Below are positions 1 through 6,458 of a stretch of DNA of 10,255 nucleotides, in pieces. The DNA lies in NCBI GenBank assembly GCA_965662175.1, contig CBFIGT010000080.1, forward strand, positions 1-10,255, given 5' to 3'. Numbering within the stretch: position 1 is the stretch's first letter; the number at the start of each line of letters is the position of its first letter. This DNA comes from Arcobacter sp. (GTDB lineage Bacteria > Campylobacterota > Campylobacteria > Campylobacterales > Arcobacteraceae). The position numbers and the translations under genes were made by a program. Under the pieces are notes generated by a model. It ran no database searches, was not told where the DNA came from, and worked only from the letters and a program-made list of their open reading frames with translations.

Positions 1-1
1 T

Positions 2-1168
2 GATAAGTTTGATGAAAAAAACAAAGACTTAAAAGATATAAAAAAAGAGATTGAACTTTTAGTGTCAAATTTTGATGATACTACAGATAAACTAAAAGAG
101 AAAAAAGACTCTATAGAGCAATCATTGAAAAAAATAGTTGTCAAAAAAGATGATTTGTCTTATCGCTTAAAGAGGGTAGATGAGTTTGAAAGGGGAACTA
201 CTTTTAATAAGTGTATAAAATGGGGTATAAAATATATATCAAATGATGATAGTGATGATATCTTGGATTTGATACAAAAAATTGATAACAATGCTTCAAA
301 ATATCGAGATTATTATGGAAAAATAGAGCAAAGATTTGGAAAACTAAATAACTTATTTGACAATAGTTTAAATATAAAAAGAGAGCTAGATGCTTTGGAT
401 ACAGCTTATGGGCTAAAAGAGTATTATGAAAAAAATATGATAGAAAATGCAAAAAATATACTCTCTCAAAATCTAAATCAAATACTAAAAAGTATCATCC
501 AACAATATGATAAGCTTTTAGAATCCCAAGGTAAGATAGAATCACTTATCAAAAAAATTACAAATATTTTTAGTGAGATAAAAATAGGTGTCATAGATAC
601 TTTAGCATTAAGATATCAAAAAACAAATAATAAGATAATAGAAACATTTAACGCAATCAAGATAGAAAATGAACAAAATAGTTTAAGCTTTTCAAATGAT
701 TCGCTTTTTTCATCAAATAACAGTGACACTAAAACCATAACAGAACTTTTGAAAAAACTTGTAGATTTGATAGAGTTTGAAAATAGTACAAAAATAGATG
801 TGGAAGATAGTTTTATATTGGAGTTTAGAGTTGTAGAAAATGGAAATGATTCTAAATATGTTCAATCTTTAGATATGGTAGGCTCAAATGGTACAGATGT
901 ATTGGTAAAAAGTATGATTTATGTGGCAATGCTATATATCTTTAAACAAAAACTCACAAAAAAAGAACTGAGTTTTCAAGTGATACTTGATGAGGTGGGT
1001 ATTTTATCTCAAAGATATCTAAAAGAGCTTATAGAGTTTGCAAATAAAAAAGGGATAATGTTTGTAAATGGAGCACCCGATGAGAAACTAATAGGGACAT
1101 ATAAACAAGTGAGTCTTATAAGTAAGATAAATAAAATATCAGTAGTAAAAGAGTTGATAGTAAAATAA
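2..1168 (+). CDS. SMC-family ATPase, C-terminal part (MukB/MksB/Wadjet JetC-like; 5' end outside window)
   Basis: The frame is open from base 2, so the GTG at 62 is internal. A long coiled-coil is followed by an ABC head C-half: divergent signature VGSNGT, Walker B VILDE with D-loop VGIL, and 'NGAP' where MukB-type SMCs have 'AAP' instead of a His-switch. A TOPRIM gene lies downstream. Confidence 0.8.
   Translation, partial: DKFDEKNKDLKDIKKEIELLVSNFDDTTDKLKEKKDSIEQSLKKIVVKKDDLSYRLKRVDEFERGTTFNKCIKWGIKYISNDDSDDILDLIQKIDNNASKYRDYYGKIEQRFGKLNNLFDNSLNIKRELDALDTAYGLKEYYEKNMIENAKNILSQNLNQILKSIIQQYDKLLESQGKIESLIKKITNIFSEIKIGVIDTLALRYQKTNNKIIETFNAIKIENEQNSLSFSNDSLFSSNNSDTKTITELLKKLVDLIEFENSTKIDVEDSFILEFRVVENGNDSKYVQSLDMVGSNGTDVLVKSMIYVAMLYIFKQKLTKKELSFQVILDEVGILSQRYLKELIEFANKKGIMFVNGAPDEKLIGTYKQVSLISKINKISVVKELIVK
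1149..1166 (+). repeat. 18-bp direct repeat, copy 1 (AAGAGTTGATAGTAAAAT)
   Basis: Identical to 1810-1827. Encodes the last residues (ELIVK) of the SMC protein. Confidence 0.92.
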
Positions 1169-1178
1169 AAGGGAAAAA

Positions 1179-1829
1179 ATGGTAGATAAAATCTCTTCAC
1201 AAACATATAAAAAGTGGATAAATGAGTTAAAAGAACAGTTTCAAAAATCTCAAATAAAAGCTTCAATAAAAGTGAATAGTACATTACTTGAGTTTTATTG
1301 GGATTTGGGTAGTGAAATTGTAGAAAAACAAAAAGAATACAACTGGGGAAGCGGATTTTTAGAGCAGTTGAGTCAAGATTTATCTAAAGAGTTTCCTGAT
1401 GTTAAAGGCTTTTCAGTTACAAATATTAGCTACATACGAAGATGGGTGTTATTTTATACTCAAAATAATATCGCCACAAGTTGTGGCGAAAATGAAATTA
1501 TAAAATCGCCACAGTTTGTGGCTGAATTATTTATGATACCATGGGGACATAATAGAGTTATCATATCAAAATGTAAAACCATAGACGAAGCACTTTATTA
1601 TGTAAGAAATACTATCAAAAATGGTATCAGTAGAAATGTACTGATACATCAAATTGAAACAAATCTTTATAAAAGAGATGCAAAAGCAATTACAAATTTC
1701 GAAGCAACATTACCACCAATACAATCAGACTTAGCAAAGGAGATAACAAAAGACCCTTATAATTTTGATTTTCTGACACTTACTGAAAATTATCAAGAAA
1801 AAGAGCTAGAAGAGTTGATAGTAAAATGA
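1179..1829 (+). CDS. yhcG: YhcG/DUF1016 N-terminal domain protein, truncated before the PD-(D/E)xK nuclease domain
   Basis: Typical motifs VNSTLLEFYWDLG, WGSGFLEQLSQDL, GFSVTN, IPWGHN, KDPYNFDFL and EKELE. The ORF stops at 216 aa just where the C-terminal nuclease domain normally begins. Confidence 0.88.
   Translation: MVDKISSQTYKKWINELKEQFQKSQIKASIKVNSTLLEFYWDLGSEIVEKQKEYNWGSGFLEQLSQDLSKEFPDVKGFSVTNISYIRRWVLFYTQNNIATSCGENEIIKSPQFVAELFMIPWGHNRVIISKCKTIDEALYYVRNTIKNGISRNVLIHQIETNLYKRDAKAITNFEATLPPIQSDLAKEITKDPYNFDFLTLTENYQEKELEELIVK
1470..1526. repeat. Two tandem palindromic units inside yhcG
   Basis: TCGCCACAA-G-TTGTGGCGA (1471-1489, perfect 9-bp arms) and GCCACA-GTT-TGTGGC (1508-1522). Both begin ATCGCCACA and their centres are 35 bp apart. 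Confidence 0.88.
1810..1827 (+). repeat. 18-bp direct repeat, copy 2 (AAGAGTTGATAGTAAAAT)
   Basis: Identical to 1149-1166. Gives YhcG the same ELIVK C-terminus and runs into the ATGA stop/start overlap with the TOPRIM gene. Confidence 0.92.
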
Positions 1830-2602
1830 GATATTTATCTACACTTTTAAAACTAAAGACTCAAAAAGAGTTAAACTATTCTGTGCTACCAAAGGCTTTA
1901 GTAACTCAACTTTTAGATGAGGGTTTGATAGAGATAAAAACACTTAGTGCAAATAAAAAGAAAGTATTGGCAAAAGAGCAGTTTTTTATAGCTTTTAAAA
2001 ATATAGAAAAGATACAAAACAGTATGACTAGAGCTGATTTGATAGGAGCAAAAAGTGATACTAAGATAAAAAAAGTATCACCCCAAGATGGGCTTTATTT
2101 AAATGGAAATTGTAAAATCTCAAATATAACTTTACCCATCTTTGAAAATAGTGCTTTATTTTTAAAAGATATTCCAAGTATCTCAAAAGATATTTTGATA
2201 GTGTGTGTAGAAAACTTTGAAAATCTTATATATTTTAAATCTCAACTAAGATTATTTAGAGATGAAGATATTTTATTTGTCTTTAGAAATAGTGCTATGC
2301 TAAAGTTTATAGAAGAGATTGAAAATGAGATTATCTATTTTGGTGATTTTGATTTGGCGGGGATAAATATCTACCAAACACAAATACTTACAAGAAACAA
2401 TTCTATAAAATTTTTTATACCAAAAAGTATAGAAAATGATTTGGATAATTATGGTACAAAAAAATTATATATGAAACAGTATGAACTGTTTAAAAATATA
2501 AAAAGTGAAGATAAAAAGATACAAAATCTAATAGATATGATTCATAAAAAACAAAAAGTATTAGAACAAGAGTATTATATAAATATAGAGGATGGATTAT
2601 GA
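1826..2602 (+). CDS. JetD/MksG-like TOPRIM-domain protein (putative Wadjet/Mks nuclease subunit)
   Basis: TOPRIM motifs ILIVCVEN (conserved Glu) and IIYFGDFDLAGINIY (DxD), plus C-terminal VLEQE typical of JetD/topoisomerase VI-A-like proteins. Lies downstream of the SMC gene. Confidence 0.78.
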   Translation: MRYLSTLLKLKTQKELNYSVLPKALVTQLLDEGLIEIKTLSANKKKVLAKEQFFIAFKNIEKIQNSMTRADLIGAKSDTKIKKVSPQDGLYLNGNCKISNITLPIFENSALFLKDIPSISKDILIVCVENFENLIYFKSQLRLFRDEDILFVFRNSAMLKFIEEIENEIIYFGDFDLAGINIYQTQILTRNNSIKFFIPKSIENDLDNYGTKKLYMKQYELFKNIKSEDKKIQNLIDMIHKKQKVLEQEYYINIEDGL

Positions 2603-2745
2603 GAAAAAAAGAACATAAAAGTTACTTTTGGGCTTATGCAGATATTTTAAAAGATATAGGAATAAATGACTCTGGACTGGATAAACATATTTTTAATATT
2701 ATGGGTGAGATGTGCAAACTTCATCAAAATAGTAAGTTGGTGTAA
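2599..2745 (+). pseudogene. 48-aa ORF, probable N-terminal remnant of a type I restriction-modification methyltransferase (HsdM)
   Basis: Not in the ORF track. RBS GAGGA at 2588-2592 and ATGA overlap with the upstream stop. Translation is MRKKEHKSYFWAYADILKDIGINDSGLDKHIFNIMGEMCKLHQNSKLV*. 'FWAYADIL' resembles the HsdM N-terminal 'W..AD.LR' motif. Confidence 0.5.
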
Positions 2746-2746
2746 G

Positions 2747-3583
2747 ATGGAAAATATTGTAACTTACAACGAAGGAGAACTTGAGCTTAAAGTATCAGTT
2801 GAAGAGGAAACTATTTGGCTCACTCAAAAACAGTTAAGTGAACTTTTTGTAACTTCAACAGATAATATAGGATTACACTTTAAAAATATATTTAAAGAGA
2901 AAGAGTTGGATGAAAATTCAACTACCGAGGATTTCTTGGTAGTTCAAAAAGAAGGTAATCGAGAAGTAAAAAGAAAACTTAAGCATTATAATTTAGATGG
3001 TATCATAAGTGTAGGATATAGAGTAAATTCATCAAAAGCTACAAAATTTCGTCAATGGGCTACATCTGTACTGAAAAACTACATTACAAATGGTTATGCC
3101 ATCAATGAACAAAAAATCACCCATCAAAGACTATTAAACCTTGAAAAAGATGTAGATACTATAAAATCTCATATTCAAAATAACACTTTGGATCTAAAGC
3201 AAGGGATATTTTTCAATGGTGAAGTTTTCGATGCTTATGCTTTTGTATCAAATATCATCAAATCAGCTAAAAAATCTATCAAAATCATAGATAATTATGT
3301 GGATGATACTGTACTTATTCACCTTAGTAAAAATCAAAATGTAGATATTTTCATATACACCCACACTATATCAAAACAGCTCAAGCTAGATATAGAAAAG
3401 TACAACAAACAATACCACCAAATAGAGTTAAAAATCTTCAAAGACTCCCACGATAGATTTATTATCATAGATGATGAGGTGGTCTATCATCTGGGAGCAA
3501 GTCTTAAAGACCTTGGTAAAAAATGGTTTGCATTTAGTAAGATAGATAAAGATGTAGTAAATATTTTGGATAGGATAAAGTAG
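2747..3583 (+). CDS. RhuM-family (virulence RhuM-like) protein with C-terminal PLD-like domain
   Basis: RhuM motifs IWLTQKQLSELF, YNLDGIISVGYRVNS and ATKFRQWAT. C-terminal motifs IIDNYVD, HDRFIIID and YHLGASLKDLGKK. The start is moved from 2666 to ATG 2747 (MENIVTY) because the upstream 27 codons overlap the 48-aa ORF. Confidence 0.88.
   Translation: MENIVTYNEGELELKVSVEEETIWLTQKQLSELFVTSTDNIGLHFKNIFKEKELDENSTTEDFLVVQKEGNREVKRKLKHYNLDGIISVGYRVNSSKATKFRQWATSVLKNYITNGYAINEQKITHQRLLNLEKDVDTIKSHIQNNTLDLKQGIFFNGEVFDAYAFVSNIIKSAKKSIKIIDNYVDDTVLIHLSKNQNVDIFIYTHTISKQLKLDIEKYNKQYHQIELKIFKDSHDRFIIIDDEVVYHLGASLKDLGKKWFAFSKIDKDVVNILDRIK
2920..2944. repeat. Palindrome inside the RhuM gene
   Basis: AACTACCGAGGA-T-TTCTTGGTAGTT: 12-nt arms around one central base, with 10 Watson-Crick and 2 G:T pairs. 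Encodes (S)TTEDFLVV. Confidence 0.85.
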
Positions 3584-4435
3584 ATGATTAGAAAAATAGC
3601 TTTTATAGGCGTAGGTGTTATGGGAAAATCTATGGTTAGAAACCTTATGATTAGAGGATTTGATGTAAGTATTTATGCAAGGGATAAATCAAAAGTGGAA
3701 GATGTGATAAGAGATGGGGCTATATTTTATGATAGTATTGAATCTTGTGTGGTAAATCAAGATGTAGTTATCACGATAGTGGGTTATCCAAAAGATGTGG
3801 AAGAGGTCTATTTCTCAGCAAAAGGTATCTTAAACTCAGTGAGTGAGGGAACTATTCTTATAGATATGACTACTACAAGTCCTGAGCTTTCCATCAAGAT
3901 TTATGAAGAAGCAAAAAACAAAGGTCTTAAGGCTTTAGATGCTCCTGTTTCAGGTGGAGATGTGGGAGCTAAAAATGCTACTTTATCTATCATGGTTGGT
4001 GGAGACAAAGAGGTGTTTGATTCAGTTCAAGAGATATTTGAAGCTATGGGTACAACTATTATTTATGAGGGGAAAGCTGGAAGCGGACAACACACAAAGA
4101 TGGCAAACCAAATAGCCATAGCAGGGATCATGGCTGGAATTAGTGAAGCTATAGCTTATGGTAAAGAAGTGGGGCTTGATATTGATACGATGCTTAAAAG
4201 TATTAGTAATGGAGCAGCTTCAAGTTTTCATATGACAAATAATGCTCCAAAGATGAATCAAAGAGATTTCAAAGCAGGTTTTTATATAAAACACATGGTA
4301 AAAGATTTGAAAATAGCTGCAAGTGAAGTTCCTAATTTAAAGGTACTAAAAGATGTATTGGAGATGTATGAAACACTAGAAAAAAATGGTGATGGAGATT
4401 TAGGTACTCAAGCAATTTGTAAATATTATGAATAA
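3584..4435 (+). CDS. NAD(P)-dependent beta-hydroxyacid dehydrogenase (3-hydroxyisobutyrate dehydrogenase / 2-hydroxy-3-oxopropionate reductase family)
   Basis: Rossmann motif IAFIGVGVMG, substrate motif DAPVSGGDVGA, catalytic Lys in GSGQHTKMANQ, and MVKDL. Confidence 0.93.
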   Translation: MIRKIAFIGVGVMGKSMVRNLMIRGFDVSIYARDKSKVEDVIRDGAIFYDSIESCVVNQDVVITIVGYPKDVEEVYFSAKGILNSVSEGTILIDMTTTSPELSIKIYEEAKNKGLKALDAPVSGGDVGAKNATLSIMVGGDKEVFDSVQEIFEAMGTTIIYEGKAGSGQHTKMANQIAIAGIMAGISEAIAYGKEVGLDIDTMLKSISNGAASSFHMTNNAPKMNQRDFKAGFYIKHMVKDLKIAASEVPNLKVLKDVLEMYETLEKNGDGDLGTQAICKYYE

Positions 4436-4461
4436 GAAATATAAAAGTAGGAAAATTATAG

Positions 4462-5460
4462 ATGAATAAAACAATAACATTAGCTCATGGAAATGGTGGA
4501 GAAGAAAACAACGAACTTATTAATAAAATATTTTATAAAAATTTTAAAAATGAAATACTTGAAAAGAGTGAAGATGCAGCTATTATTCAAGATGGAAAAC
4601 TAGCTTTTTCAACAGATTCATTTACAGTGAGTCCTTTATTTTTCAACGGTGGAAATATTGGAAAATTAGCTATTTGTGGTACTTGTAATGATTTGGCGAT
4701 GATGGGTGCGAAACCTAAGTATTTAACATGTGCTGTTATTATTGAAGAGGGCTTTTCTCTTAGTGAGCTTGAAATAATTGTTGAATCTATGAAAAATGAA
4801 TTAGCAAAAAATGATGCTCTTATTGTAAGTGGTGATACAAAGGTAGTTCCAAAAGGTGCTGTTGATAAAATCTTTATAAACACTACTGGAATAGGTGAGA
4901 TTTTACAAAAAAACATCTCTTCAAATAGTATAAGTGAAGATGATGTGATTATTGTTTCTAACTCTATAGGAAAGCATGGAGCTACTATTTTTGCAGCACG
5001 TGAGGGTATTGATTTATCTACAAACTTACAGAGTGATTGTGCTTCTTTATGGTCTGTTATAAATGAACTTATAAAAAATGATATAAAAATTACAGCTCTT
5101 AGGGATGCCACAAGAGGTGGAGTTAGTGCTGTTTTAAATGAGTGGGCAAAACAATCAAATATTTGTATTGAAGTTGAGGAAAAAGATATTCCTGTTTGTG
5201 ATGAGGTAAATGGTATTTGTGAAATGCTAGGCTTTGAAGCTTTAAGTTTAGCAAATGAAGGTACATTTGTAATGGCTGTATCAAAAGAACAAGCTTCTAA
5301 AGCACTTGAAATAATGCAAAAAAATGATTTATCAAAAGAGGCTTGTGTTATTGGAAAAGTAACAAATGAACATATTACAAAAGTTATTTTAAACTCAGCT
5401 TGGGGAACAAAAAGATTTTTAGATACACCAACAGGTGAATTACTTCCAAGAATATGTTAG
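4462..5460 (+). CDS. hypE: Hydrogenase maturation protein HypE (carbamoyl dehydratase)
   Basis: Motifs ITLAHGNGG, FSTDSFTVSPLFF, GTCNDLAM, GDTKVV, RDATRGG, ANEG and the diagnostic C-terminal LPRIC. RBS AGGA upstream. Confidence 0.98.
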   Translation: MNKTITLAHGNGGEENNELINKIFYKNFKNEILEKSEDAAIIQDGKLAFSTDSFTVSPLFFNGGNIGKLAICGTCNDLAMMGAKPKYLTCAVIIEEGFSLSELEIIVESMKNELAKNDALIVSGDTKVVPKGAVDKIFINTTGIGEILQKNISSNSISEDDVIIVSNSIGKHGATIFAAREGIDLSTNLQSDCASLWSVINELIKNDIKITALRDATRGGVSAVLNEWAKQSNICIEVEEKDIPVCDEVNGICEMLGFEALSLANEGTFVMAVSKEQASKALEIMQKNDLSKEACVIGKVTNEHITKVILNSAWGTKRFLDTPTGELLPRIC

Positions 5461-5469
5461 GAGAGTTTT

Positions 5470-5811
5470 ATGCATGAATATAGTATCGTCCAATCTTTGC
5501 TTGAATCTTGTGAAGAACACGCAAAAGAAAATGATGCCACAAAAGTTACAAAAGTAGTAGTTAAAATAGGAGCACTTAGTGGTGTAGAAGTTGATTTACT
5601 TCAAACAGCTTTTGATACCTTTAAAGAAAAAACAATATGTGATGGATGTGAGTTTATAATTAATTATCAAAAAGTAATAATAGAGTGTAATGATTGTAAA
5701 GAGCAATCAATTTTAGAAAAAAATGAATTCACCTGTCCAAAGTGTGATTCTTATAATACAAAAGTAATTGATGGTGAAGATATGTTTCTTATGAGTTTAG
5801 AGATGGAATAA
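5470..5811 (+). CDS. hypA: Hydrogenase maturation nickel metallochaperone HypA
   Basis: N-terminal MHE nickel motif and two CxxC zinc motifs (CNDC, CPKC). Follows hypE. Confidence 0.97.
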   Translation: MHEYSIVQSLLESCEEHAKENDATKVTKVVVKIGALSGVEVDLLQTAFDTFKEKTICDGCEFIINYQKVIIECNDCKEQSILEKNEFTCPKCDSYNTKVIDGEDMFLMSLEME

Positions 5812-5965
5812 AGCAGAAATTATTAAAAGCCAAAAATATGTGAAAAAATAGTATAGTTCAATTTAGAAAAATTTTATTGGATGAAGAGTAAGAGTTCATA
5901 TTTATAAACTTTTCCCACGATTAGTTTAACAAAATGCTTTGGCAAGCTTTAGAATCTAATGATAT

Positions 5966-6005
5966 CAAGGATAAGTACTTTGGTGCTTAATCTTGTTTAC
6001 TATTT
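5966..6005 (+). terminator. Putative intrinsic terminator downstream of hypA
   Basis: CAAGGATAAGTAC-TTTG-GTGCTTAATCTTG: 13-nt stem with 2 G:U pairs and 1 mismatch, followed by TTTACTATTT. Confidence 0.5.
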
Positions 6006-6025
6006 ATTAATAGATAAATAGTAAA
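5996..6025. promoter_or_regulatory. Perfect 12-bp inverted repeat overlapping a probable -10 box (candidate operator)
   Basis: TTTACTATTTAT-N6-ATAAATAGTAAA. The right arm overlaps TAAAAT (6022-6027) upstream of the TerB-like gene. Confidence 0.45.
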
Positions 6026-6056
6026 ATATCTTAATTTATTTATAGGAAATATGTAT

Positions 6057-6458
6057 ATGTTATTAATGAAATTACAAACAAAAGAGAAGTTTGCTTTTTT
6101 ACAGTTGGCTCAATATTTAGCTAGAATTGATGGTGAATATGGAAATAGAGAGCAAGATGTTATTGATGAATATTGTGTTGAAATGGGAGTTGATAAACCA
6201 ACAATATTTATAGAAGAGGATTTTGAATTAGATAAAATTTTAGCAACATTCAAATCTAGAAGAAGTAAAAAAATAGTTATTTTAGAGCTTATGATTTTAG
6301 TTCATATTGATGATAAATTTGATCATAAAGAGCATGAACTTACTAAAAAAATTATGAACTCTTTTGATATTAATGATAAAGATTTAAAATACTATTCATA
6401 CTGGGGAAAAGCTGTTTCTTCACTTTATGAGCAAGGAAAACTTTTTATAGAGGATTGA
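6057..6458 (+). CDS. TerB-like (tellurite resistance TerB / DjlA N-terminal fold) protein
   Basis: Two D-x-x-x-x-x-x-E acidic motifs (ARIDGEYGNRE, VHIDDKFDHKE) typical of the TerB fold. ATG 6057 fits AGGA (6044-6047) spacing better than ATG 6051. Confidence 0.72.
   Translation: MLLMKLQTKEKFAFLQLAQYLARIDGEYGNREQDVIDEYCVEMGVDKPTIFIEEDFELDKILATFKSRRSKKIVILELMILVHIDDKFDHKEHELTKKIMNSFDINDKDLKYYSYWGKAVSSLYEQGKLFIED

Noticed and set aside
204..452. 82-aa minus-strand ORF
   Set aside because: Antisense shadow of the SMC gene, with F/L/Y-rich composition and no motif.
1009..1284. 91-aa minus-strand ORF
   Set aside because: Antisense to the SMC head and yhcG start, with no recognisable features.
1470..1526. 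Possible mini-CRISPR or integron attC interpretation of the palindromic units
   Set aside because: Only two short units inside a CDS, a spacer of about 14 nt, no cas genes, and no RYYYAAC/GTTRRRY ends.
2666..2746. 27-aa N-terminal extension of the RhuM ORF in the track
   Set aside because: Overlaps the coupled 48-aa ORF in another frame. Family similarity starts at MENIVTY (2747).
4587..5111. 174-aa minus-strand ORF
   Set aside because: Lies entirely antisense to conserved hypE and is a typical codon-bias shadow.
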